A DNA stretch of 64,000 nucleotides, taken from the NCBI GenBank assembly GCA_964016885.1, contig OZ024746.1, forward strand, positions 59,954,001 to 60,018,000, given 5' to 3'. The notes below the pieces were generated by a model that was not told the DNA's origin, did no database searches, and worked only from the letters and a program-made list of their open reading frames with translations. This stretch comes from Eledone cirrhosa (lineage: Eukaryota). A program made the position numbers and the translations under genes. This document shows, piece by piece, positions 37,376 through 48,500 of this stretch (position 1 is the stretch's first letter; each line of letters opens with the position of its first letter).

Positions 37376-37766
37376 GCCCTTCTTAATACATCAGTTTCTT
37401 TCAAACGAAACTTTTTTTTTATCGCGTCTGATAAAGTGATCGTATTTACGACTACGAAGCCGTTTGGTAATGCAAAAATAAGTCAAACTTTTCATATAAA
37501 CATTCTCAACTTCCACTTTGTGCTGATTACTCTTTTCTTTTGTTTACACTCAAGCTAGTATGTTTATATATACAAGTTTGAGTAGAAACGAAAGAAAACA
37601 GCAAACATAATGTGGAAGTTGAGAATGTTTATATACATAGTTTAACTTGTTTTTGCATTACCAAATGGTTTCGTGTTTGTAAATACGACCAACTCTTTCA
37701 GATGCGACCAAAACATAAGTGAAATTTGAAATGAAGAAACTAGTGAACTGATGTTTTATGAAAGGC
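37376..37766. mobile_element. ~390-bp palindromic element with a hammerhead-like motif in each arm (Penelope-like inverted pLTR candidate)
   Basis: The arms are reverse complements. Each contains CTGA..(G)A / stem II / GAA(A)CC-loop-GGTA with stem I gc(a/g)t/atgc. Confidence 0.65.
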
Positions 37767-38969
37767 CACCACATATATGCAAATTCATGAGCTAAGTGTT
37801 TCCAGTGTAGTTTATTCTATTTAAGTGTTTATATGTCTTTGTCGTTTTCTACAATACTTGACAATAGATCTCAAGATAAGACGAAAATATCTTGTCCAAC
37901 TTACTGGATTCAATATGTTAGAGTTTGGAATTAGATTTAGTTCATTAGGTCACGGTTCTTTGTGTGTGTAGAGACACACACTCAAGGGTTTGTTGAAAAG
38001 TTCATAGGCTGACCAAGATACTCTTACGGAATGACCAAATGATGTTTATTTTTCAACATGGTCCCTGGAAAGAAACAATGTAGTTATTAATAAGAAGAGT
38101 TGAAATTAATGTATGCAAGATTTTACAGCCCTAGCATCACTCCTTCATTGTCACCTATGAACTTTATATATATTGTTAGAAATTATTTTTGAAAAGTCAG
38201 TACAATGCAAGCTAGAAATAGAGGAGTGGAAGCTAGAGTGAAGTAAGACAAACAAAACAACAGTTTACATTTTTACCTTATATTTGGGGATCAAGACCCC
38301 CTTTTTCAAAAGGTATGAAATGGGATGTGATAGTCATAATGATAGTTCTAAATTAAGGTTTGTTTTCTTTGATTTCAGGACAACAGTGTTGAACTAAGGA
38401 ATTCTACCAGAAAGTACCACCATTCAACAATGTTAGCTGGAATCACCACTGCATAGCATTTATCAGATTCTCTGAAGATCTCACTATCATATTTAAGAGG
38501 AAAGTCAGTTGTGATATGGTTGAAATTAGTGACAAGTCAGTTTTTCACCATAGAGTGCAAGTGCTTTTTACCATAGCCTCTAGTTCTTCACTTTGTAAGA
38601 AGAATTTAGTAAATGGCATCTGTACAGAATTAGTTGGTTATACATATGTGTACGTCTTTCATCAAAGGACATAAACATTGGCAAGCAGACTGCAAAATTG
38701 GTATTGTTTGAATGAAGTCCTTTGTCATATTTGTTCTGCATTGAAATACAGACATTCTCTTGCTCTGTCATAAATGCTATGGCCCAGTGGTTTGGCCAGT
38801 TGGACACATGCAGCCTTTGATACCATAGTTTACTAATCCTGATATGAAAAATAAAACTGTATAAGTTTAGTTGACACAAACTGGTTCCAGGTGGCCAAAC
38901 AGCTGACTAGTGGATTGTTTCTTTAAAGACATTGCAAATTCAAAATGTGTTCAATACCATCGGAGTAGA

Positions 38970-39320
38970 ACTTCTATCATTAAAACACCCGAAAAACCTC
39001 CTATGAGATGCAACCATGTAGGAGACCAGTTACATCTGAATATGCATGAGCTGTAAAAACAACAATTTGAACTATCATTAAACCACCTGAGAAATCTATG
39101 AGATTACATCCTCATAGGCCAGCAAAACCTGTATAGGTGTGATCTGTCACAACAATAAGTAGGGCTCCTATCATTAAAACACCCAAGAAGCTTCCTATGA
39201 GATGCAACCTTGTAGGAGGCCAGTGGAACCTGCATAAATGTGAGCTGTAACAACAATAATGGGTTCCTATCATTAAAACATCTGAGAAGCCTCCTATGGG
39301 ATGCAACCTTGTATGAGACA
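38970..39320 (+). repeat. Four ~96-99 bp tandem repeats upstream of the ZNF E CDS
   Basis: ctatcattaaa at 38974, 39072, 39168 and 39267, mostly followed by cctatgagatgcaacc-like sequence. Confidence 0.85.
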
Positions 39321-39458
39321 TGCTAAACCTCAAAGGTGTGAGATGTAAATTTCAAAGTTACAAATTTTTGGTATAGAAACTATGTTTTAATGCAATAGTC
39401 TTCTATATAGCAGGGAAACAGAAAAATTGGTGTCTGTTAAAGCTGTACTGTTCTGATA

Positions 39459-40649
39459 ATGTTTGAGACAGAGGAGAAACCACACAGATGTGATGTTTGT
39501 GGGGAGCTGTTCACTAGTAATGCCAACTTAACTTCTCATAAACGAACTCACACAGTTGCAAAGCCATTTCAGTGTGATACATGTGGGAAAGTTTTCTCAA
39601 CTAGAAGTAGTGTATCCCGACATCAGGTTAGTCACACTGGAGAAAAACGTTATGTCTGTGATATTTGTGGGAAAGCATTTTCTTATAACAGTGGACTAAG
39701 AGCTCACATACATATTCACACTGGAGAAAAACCATACCACTGTGATGTCTGTGGAAAATCGTTCTCTAGTAGCAGTATTTTATCTGATCATAGTCACATT
39801 CACATCAAACCTTTCCGATGTGAAATCTGTGGGAAAGGCTTCTCGCGAAAAAGACTCTTAGTGTTTCATAAAGATAAGCATGCTGGGAGGACACGATATC
39901 ATTGTGAGTTTTGTGGGAAATCATTTTATGTGAAGAGTCAGTTATCCGTTCATAAATTTATTCATAGAGGGACTCAACCCTACTCCTGTGATATTTGTGG
40001 GAAAACCTTCCCAAAAAAGATTAGATTGACATACCATAAAGTGATCCACTCCTCAGAAAGGCCATATAAGTGTGATATTTGTGGGAAATGTTTTTCACGA
40101 AAAGCTTATATGAAATGTCATAGACTTACACATACTTCTAAGGAATACCATTGTGAAATTTGTGGCAAAGCATTTTCTCATAGCAGTAACTTAGCTGCCC
40201 ATAAACGTCTCCATACAGGAGAAAAACCATACGACTGTGATGTATGTGGGAAAGCATTTTCTCGTAATTCTAACCTGTCTCGTCATAAACGTTCTCACAC
40301 TGGAGAAAAACCATACAAATGTGAATTTTGTGAAAAAGCATTTCACAGGAAATCTCACTTAGCAGAACACAGACGCATTCACACTGGAGAAAGACCATAC
40401 CAATGTCAGATTTGTGAGAAAACATTTTATAGAAAAGATCATCTAGCAGACCATACTCGGATACACACTGGAGAGAAACCTTACCAGTGTGAGATTTGCG
40501 ACAAAGCTTTTTCTACTAGCAGTCATTTATCCGACCATATACGCATTCACACAGGAGAAAAACCATATCAGTGTGAAATTTGCGGGGAAGCATTTTCTCG
40601 GAATAGAAATTTATTACGTCACAGACCTATTCACACAGAAAATTCATGA
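39459..40649 (+). CDS. C2H2 zinc-finger protein E (14 fingers, 396 aa)
   Basis: Intact ORF with 14 fingers. Acceptor ttttctttgatttcAG| at 38378 and AATAAA at 41091. Confidence 0.95.
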   Translation: MFETEEKPHRCDVCGELFTSNANLTSHKRTHTVAKPFQCDTCGKVFSTRSSVSRHQVSHTGEKRYVCDICGKAFSYNSGLRAHIHIHTGEKPYHCDVCGKSFSSSSILSDHSHIHIKPFRCEICGKGFSRKRLLVFHKDKHAGRTRYHCEFCGKSFYVKSQLSVHKFIHRGTQPYSCDICGKTFPKKIRLTYHKVIHSSERPYKCDICGKCFSRKAYMKCHRLTHTSKEYHCEICGKAFSHSSNLAAHKRLHTGEKPYDCDVCGKAFSRNSNLSRHKRSHTGEKPYKCEFCEKAFHRKSHLAEHRRIHTGERPYQCQICEKTFYRKDHLADHTRIHTGEKPYQCEICDKAFSTSSHLSDHIRIHTGEKPYQCEICGEAFSRNRNLLRHRPIHTENS

Positions 40650-41238
40650 AAATGCCTTTCAACATGTGCATTTGTGAATTTAAAAGGACTTGTGAGAAAA
40701 CCTGTCGTTGAGTATTATGAAATTTTATCAAAGCTGTTTCATTAAGACATTTTTTAATAGATATATTTTGATAGAGGAACCCTTAACAACAACAAGCATT
40801 TCAAGGCCATTTTACTTGCTAAAGTTGGGGCTAGCCTTTTGAGAACCATGACAAGTTTCTTCCTTTTTCCCTCTCTTTTGCATCCTATTTCACCAACCCT
40901 CTATCATCTTTCACCAAGTCTTTCTTGTTCTTCCTCTTTCTCCTTACACATTCATTTCCATCACTTTTCACATCTAGTCACTTTCATCCTTCCTTAAAAC
41001 ATATGAACCCCCACCTTCCCAACCCTCGTCATTCTGATTCCTGTTGACAGAAATCTCAGTTTGTTTTGTACTGAATGCTACCATCTTGTAAATAAAATTT
41101 ATAAATCAAAGTGATGTTTGTAGATAAACCATTTCTGTGAGGTACTATCTACTTTAACTCTTTTGCTATCATATTTCTAATGAAAACACTGCCTATGATT
41201 TTGAAAGTAACAAAGAATAGGATGGTGGATTGGCAGAA

Positions 41239-41446
41239 TCTTTTCAAATGTGGAACTGAAAGAGTTCAAAACAAAATGAACGATCAGTGTGTTCTTCCTT
41301 AACTAGCCTATGTGTCCGAAATACAAAGCAGACTGGTTACTATAACAACTTCGTGTATGTGTATTTCAGATACATAGGCTAGTTAAGAAAGAACACATTG
41401 ATCATTTGTTTTGTTTTGAACTGTTTCAGCTTCACATTTGAAAAGA
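41239..41446. repeat. ~210-bp inverted repeat (hairpin/MITE)
   Basis: tcttttcaaatgtg...ttaactagcctatgt pairs with acataggctagttaa...cacatttgaaaaga. Confidence 0.8.
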
Positions 41447-41659
41447 GGGTAATATTCTTGAAATATCAAGTTTTATTTCTCATCATTTGTTCTTTTATAC
41501 CGCACTATACTGGCTTTTTGAAACTTATCGGTCTTTTATTACATATCTCACAATGCTTCGTATTAACTATACTACTTTATATATATATATATAAGAACTT
41601 GTGTTACTATGGACCCTGAGGAGAAGAGGAATAAGAGAATTTATTTTTGTTAGTGTACA

Positions 41660-42200
41660 ACTGTTCCACTGTGAAGTTGTGGAAAAAAATATATTTTATG
41701 AATATACTAGCTTCACAATTCATGGAGATTCATACAAATTCCTGCCAATGTGAGAAAAGTATTATTTGTTTCAGAGTAGTACTTGTTTGGAAAGTGACTT
41801 GATCAGAGACCTCTTGTTGAAACTAAAGCACAAGAGTGTCATCAGTCATACACAAAAACTGTTAAATTTACTTTTCCAGTATGAACACATTTGTTCATAC
41901 AGGAGAAAAGCCATACCACTGTGAGTTTTGTGAGAAAGCATTTTTCTCAAAGAATATATATATATCTGCATACTGGGAAAAAAAAACATATCGCTGTGAA
42001 ATTTGTGGAAAATCATTTTCTAGTAGCAAAAGTTCAACAATCTACAAATGTATTCACTTCAGAGAAAAACAATGTGAAATCTGTAGGAAAGTATTCACAT
42101 ATAGCTGCCATTTATCTGAACATAAACAGACACTCACAGGAGGAAAACCTTTCTAATGTGAAATATGTGGAAAATCATTTACTAGAAGAGGTACTTTATT
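41660..42200 (+). pseudogene. Degenerate C2H2 zinc-finger pseudogene
   Basis: [16 protein letters not shown]..., [12 protein letters not shown]..., [35 protein letters not shown]. Lost His ligands, deletions and an in-frame stop. Confidence 0.85.
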
Positions 42201-43204
42201 CTTTTAAAGCAGTATTGGGAATGAATCAGGGAAATGAATCACAAGAAACATGTGTAACAGTCTTATCCCCACCACAGCCCAGCTTAACCTTCTTCATTCT
42301 ACAGTCAAGCACTTAACAAACTCTCTGGTGTTGGTGCTATGATAAAATGAATACAAGCTACCAACAGTAGTTGGCATTGGGAACTCATGTAAAATGATGA
42401 CGATCAAGTTACAGCGAAGCTGTTAAAGTATTATATTTCTTTTGATATTTCACGTAAATTACAATATCTCCTCCATTGGTTTCAACAATGAACATTTAAT
42501 TGTTGAATCAACTGTATGTCTAACTCATGAATTGATTTATAAGTGGCTGAGTATTCTGCAGATATGTGTACCCTTAACGTAGTTCCCAACTCAAATTAAC
42601 ATGACACAATATGTGACAAGGCAAGACCTTTGAATTACAGGTACAATCCATCTGATGTGCTTCTACACAATTGCCATCTACTTAATTTTACTCATAAGGC
42701 TTAAGTCTACCTAAAGCTATGGTAAAAACACTTACCCATGACACCACACAATGCAATAAACCCAAGATTCCATGATTATGAAGTGAACGTCTTAACTATT
42801 CAGCCATGCAATTCTTAAGTGTATTTCCTAATAAAAATGTTTCAGCAATGTTATAATTCTAATATCTTTAACTTTATGTTGTAAATATTTTTTGATTTAC
42901 GGTTGCAGTAAATTGGCAGAGTCATTAGAGTGTTGGATTAAATATTCCAGCTTGCTGAGTTCAAATCTAGGTGGGGTCAGCTTTGCATTTTGCTTTTTAT
43001 CCTTAGGGTTAATAAATAATAATAATAATAATAAATAATAGCATAAATATATTAAAAGTACTAGTCCAGGGGATAATGGATTAGCTGAATGTTTAAAGAG
43101 TCAGACAAGATTCTGTGAGTTCTGAATTCAAATACTGCCTCCAGTCACTGAAAGAAAGATGGTGCTTCGGCCAAGAGTTGCGATTCCAGAAGGGTCCTTT
43201 AATA

Positions 43205-43880
43205 ATAATAATAAAATTATTGTGTACAGTGCTCAGGTGCACTACAACTCATCAAAGGTGCGTGTATAGTGCATAGAGTAATGTACAAATGTCAGGAAAA
43301 TGAACAGTGTACGAGTCATGAAATATATGTGCATGTGTAGGAAGGGGGGGACATCAGGTGTAGTGTTGGCGAATCTCAGGAAGCATGGGGGGTTTTAAAG
43401 GATGCAGTTTCTCGACAGCTAACAACTGATGCAGGTAGTTTGTTCCATGCTTCAGCAACTCTGAGCATGAAAAAATGTTTCCGAAAGTCATGGGAGCTGT
43501 GCTGTTTTCTGACTTTGTTGACATGCCCACGTGTGTTAGACACATGGAAATCAAAAAGGTGCTCAGGGTTGTTGTTGGCAAGATGGTTAATAATTGTTTG
43601 TGTGTTTACCAAGTCAGCCAAGTCAGTTGCCAGACGTCGGAGCTTCAATGTGTCCATGCCCAGGGAAGCAAGGCTTTCAGAGTATGGTAGATGCCTGATG
43701 GAGGGTATTCGCTTGGTTGCACATCTCTGAACAGTTTCCAGGTGGTCAATGTTCTGAGCAAGATAGGGGTTCCAGACTGGTGATCCAAATTCTAAGTGTG
43801 GCTGCACCATAAATATATATAGCTTTAAATAGATAGCTGGAGAGCGGTTGACGAAGGTCTTGCTGAGTGATGCTAAGACA
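43205..43880 (-). mobile_element. CR1/L2-group LINE 3' fragment (RT thumb region)
   Basis: VQPHLEFGSPVWNPYL...LETVQRCATKRIP...YSESLASLGMDTLKLRRL...TRGH...RKHFF.LRVAEAWNKLP, followed by a 3' UTR and an AT-rich simple-repeat tail. Confidence 0.88.
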
Positions 43881-44859
43881 CCCTCGGCCTTGAAGAATAG
43901 ACTTTTATGTCATTTCATTCACACAAAGACACACTATGCCTGCTACTCACAATTGAATATGACTTTAGGTGTCCACACAGTCTTGTGCAGACACCCTCTC
44001 TGCTCTTCCTCACTTGATTCAGCAAAATAACTGGAATGTGACAGATGGAGTTGGTGATCAAATGGAGGCAATGCGGAATAGAGAGGACTTTTAAGTTATA
44101 TCGAGAACATAACAACCTTTTTAGTGATTGTACCACGATGAAATGGAGACAACATTGAGTAGAGAGGACACTTCTGTCTTGTTGACTTGTGCCATGATAA
44201 CATGCGCCCACTACACTCTGTAAACTAATTGATGTCAGGAAAGGCATTCACTTGTAGAAATCATGTCAAAAAGGAATGTATGAGTGAAACCTGATCCTTC
44301 GACCATCTAAGAATCCAAATAAGTACTTACGTTGACAGTAACGACCAGTCCAACAGTGACAATTAAATAACGATTTTGTAGCAGTACAGGTAGGAAATCA
44401 GATTCAAATTAAAAAAGAAATAATTGAAATATCAGTTGAAGAAATCAATTTATTTTTGTTTATAAGAATATCTTAACTTATGTTAATATATAATTTTAAA
44501 CCATACACAAAGTGTAGTCCATCAACCTACTAGAAATAACAGCCAAATCTCCTTACTATCATAAAAAAAAAGAACATTGGATAATACAGTACTAAAAGCT
44601 GAGTGGACTGAAATAATGTTTCGCTCTAGGACACTACGTGACGAAAATAATGTTTCGCTCAAGGACACTACGTGCCGCCCAGTCCAGGAATCGAACTCCC
44701 GATCTTGCAATTGTGCATTTAACATGTTAACCACTAATCCATACGACTATTCAGAAACAGCAAACAATACAAATCTCGCTAGTAGCAGCAGACACACGAG
44801 AAACTATTTCTCGAATGAACGAGATTATGCAAATTAGTTGTCAGCACATTTTTCGCAAA

Positions 44860-45196
44860 TTTTCATTGTTCTCCGAAAACATTGCTTTCCTTGTTTCCAG
44901 TCGAAAAATTAAGCCCCTTGTTTTCTTCATATCTCATCTCATATCTCTTTTGAATATAAATCATTCCAAAAATGACCACCACCGCCAACTAAATGAAGCA
45001 GAGGTAGGTGATGATTCAAATAAATGTCTACAGTATTGTTTGTTGTTCCACATTATCTGTGACCGAGTGTTGGTGATAAGATCAAACAAAACCTCTTAAT
45101 TTTTACCTCATCCTTTTGTTGCTTTGCTGCCAATAATTAAATTCTGGATTCTAAATATTTTTACAAGGACTTGTATTTTGGTGAGGAAAAATGTGG
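44860..45196 (+). promoter_or_regulatory. Possible promoter and exon 1 of ZNF F
   Basis: GG|GTAAGG donor at 45197, but only a degenerate ETS-like site (tttccagtc) upstream. Confidence 0.3.
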
Positions 45197-46950
45197 GTAA
45201 GGTATTTAGTCAGATTATTTCAAACATAGCCCCTCGTATTTCACATTTGATTGCTACTTTATTTTATCGATCCGTAGGAGCTCGGCTAGATTCCATCTCT
45301 GGTGTAAATAATACTGCTACCATATATATATATTATATTATATGCGATCTCTCTCTATATATATATATATAATGTATGCGTTTGTGTATTTTCAAATTCA
45401 AATCTCACCGAGGGTGGCCGACTGGGATAGATGAAAAATGAAAGTGCCGATTTTATGTTCGATATAACCGATATCATTTACAATGGGATATATATATAAT
45501 CCTAACCCCTATGTATATACGCACTAATTCTAGTTAATCGGACGAAACTCCGAGGGTCTTTCCTTCTCCTCCCTTTTTCCCTTTTCTATCAATTTTTCGA
45601 CTGATTTGGAGGTCAGATTCGTTGATAACAGTGGGAAGAAATGGTAAATAAAACTAGGATGGCTGAGTCCAATGGTGACGTTTTCTGAGAAAAAGATCCT
45701 TTGCGGCATGTTTGGAGGTGAGATAGCACACGAAAAAAAACCCCGCAGGAAAAATGATTGTTTCCCACTGAAATCGAGAAGGGTGTTCCAAATTTACCAA
45801 ATCCTATGGATCGGATGAGATATTTTCATTTTCTCCAAACGAGATCCGTTTTCAAAGATATCCGACAATATTATATTGAGTTCAAATCCCGCCGAGGTTA
45901 ACTTTGCCTTTCATCCTTACGGGGTCGATAAAATAAAGTACCAGTAATGTACTGAGTAATTGCTGGCCTTGTGCCAAAAAGTAGAAAATTATATTGTCAT
46001 ATCTCAATTCATTTCACTCAGTTCATTAAATGTTATCCCATAATCAATTTATGTTCCCTGACATTAAACTGCAGTCTGTCTGTGAGTCAAATATTTAAAC
46101 TATGATTATTTCAAATATAAATAATTCCTATTGTATTAAATGTATGTACGAACCATTGAGAAAGTCCCCATGCGGTCGTTCAACTTGTTAGAAATTACAG
46201 CAAAGTAACTTTCTATTCGTTCTTGTATAATTTGCTGTGCTCAAAACAACAAATTATGGTAAATTTAGGGTTCGTTAAAAAAATTATTTTTCTTTCTGAA
46301 AACACGGAAAGCAAACGAAAAGAATTCGGGAAAAAAAAACATTTCTTAGCGAACCCCAACGACACTTTTCTGTAAGTTTAAGCAGCGGAGAGGTGCTTCT
46401 CTGTAACTCCGAGGGTCCCTCCTCGGTTTGCGAGTGAGTTTGGTGTCATATCGGTTGAAAACAAACGAAAACCCATGAAAAAAAAAAAAAAAATTCCCAT
46501 CTAAGAAAACTCCGAGGTTCGGAAAATCCGAGCTCTTCCCCATTCCGTTTTCGCAACAAAATCGATTGCTAGCATATCGGAGGTGAGACTAGTTAAAAAA
46601 AACTAGAAAAAACTTTCTTAGCGAACCCCAGCGAGTGCTTTTCTATAAATTTACCTAAGTTATAAACAAAGTGTAGATTACTTGTCAAATTTCATTCAGA
46701 AACGTTTGGCCAACATATACGGTTTGGACAGAGAGAGTTGTGGATTATTTACCATTGACACCGTTTATTCTTGAGGCTGCCGAAGCTGTTGCAGTTTTTA
46801 ATCTCTCTCTCTCTCTCTCTCTCGCTCTCTCTGTATATATATATATATATATATATATGAAGGCATACCATAATTTAACTTGGTATCCTTGAAATATGTA
46901 TAATGAAATAAATATGGTTTTATAAATATAGTTTCCATTTATTAATATCG

Positions 46951-46993
<43 letters not shown>

Positions 46994-47202
46994 TGAGAGA
47001 GGAGTCCCCGTGTTTGCAAACCCAAAAGTGCTTTATACTAAAGCAGAAACAGAGTGCGATTGCAGTAATATGTGTGTATGTGTAATTTATATATGAATGA
47101 CTATAGAAGAAAAAGAAATATATGGTTTATAGCAATGTGTGTAAATAATAAACTAATATGACGAGATAGCAGAATAATTTATAACAGATGTTTTGTTGAT
47201 CG

Positions 47203-47794
47203 TGTAGCAGGAGTTGCCTCCCTTGTTGTGACACTCACATCACCAATAGATTAACGCTCTCTAGACAGGAAGTAGTTGGAGTTACTTCCCGTTGGTGGCA
47301 GAACCCTTTCTGTCACTTCCGTTCCAACCCTATAAAACTTTCAGCTCCCTATCTCTCATTTGCCTTTTCGGCTCCTGGTCATCGGCCATCGTAATTTTCA
47401 TGCCTGTTACAACATTCTCGCCAACTTACTACATACATATTTCATTCAATTTTTATATTTTAAAAATATGGCGGGAGGTAATGTAGCAGGAGTTGCCTCC
47501 CTTGTTGTGACACTCGCATCACCAATAGATTAACGCTCTCTAGACAGGAAGTAGTTGGAGTTACTTCCCGTTGGTGGCAGAACCCTTTCTGGCACTTCCG
47601 TTCCAACCCTATAAAGGGAATAACTTTCAGCTCCCTATCTCTCATTTGCCTTTTCGGCTCCTGGCCATCGGCCAGGCGCGTTCGCCTGGCAACCAAACGG
47701 TAACTAATAACTTTGCTTCATTCTTTCATCTATTCATTGACATGTCAACTATACTGTTCTATATAACCACAAATTGTTGATTAAATATTCTACA
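47203..47794 (+). mobile_element. LTR-like direct repeats (47203-47433 and 47482 to about 47794), TRIM-like candidate
   Basis: ~190 bp near-identical blocks start TGTAG and contain CCAAT and TATAAA. Copy 1 ends CTACA, and purine-rich ggcgggagg precedes copy 2. Confidence 0.5.
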
Positions 47795-47989
47795 CACAAA
47801 CCATGTCTCTGTTTATACTTATACAACCAAACCACGTCTCTGTTTATACTTATACAACCCAGTATTTTGCTATAATCGTTTAGGTTTTAATGCTTTACTT
47901 CCCAGTTTACTATCGTCTTTCTTTTCAGCTGTAAAAAATGGCAGTTCTTCATAAAAAAATATTAACGATTTCGTCTTGTGCATGTAGTG

Positions 47990-48500
47990 GCGAATGGTAA
48001 GAGCACAAACCACTCTATAAAAGGTTGTCATGCCCCCATCCCGCTGTGCCTCCAACATGCATACCCCAACTTCCAAACTGTACCTAATGATCTTGTTGAG
48101 AGCTTCATGAGAGCAGATGAAGACCAAAAGCATCTACCATGGATCCGTAATGGCATTTGTGTTACTCGTCAATCCGGAGACAACTTCAGGGAAACACTGA
48201 TACAAAGGCAGTCTCTGTCCTACTGAGTACCAGTTGACTGCGAGGGTATGGTATTTAGCCAAGCACCATTTAGAGGGTTGAGAAGCAGACCAAAAACATG
48301 ACAGATAGAGTTTTGTTGAATTGTGTTTAGGAGATAAGACATCCACAGAATGGAGACCTAGAAAGCTCCAAGTTACATAGGCCACCTCAAGTTTAACTGG
48401 AGCGCCTACATTGTTGTTCAACCAACTAGATATATCACCAATATCATCCTCTTCAAACAGACAGGTTGGTGAGAATAGGACTGCTTTCAGTTGCATCTTC
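47990..48500 (-). mobile_element. CRE-clade retroposon fragment (zinc knuckle / RLE region), frameshifted
   Basis: Across frameshifts: SASQP / NGAWLNTIPSQSTGT / KCHYGSMVDAFGLHLLS / HEALNKIIRYSL...DGGMTTF. Confidence 0.7.
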
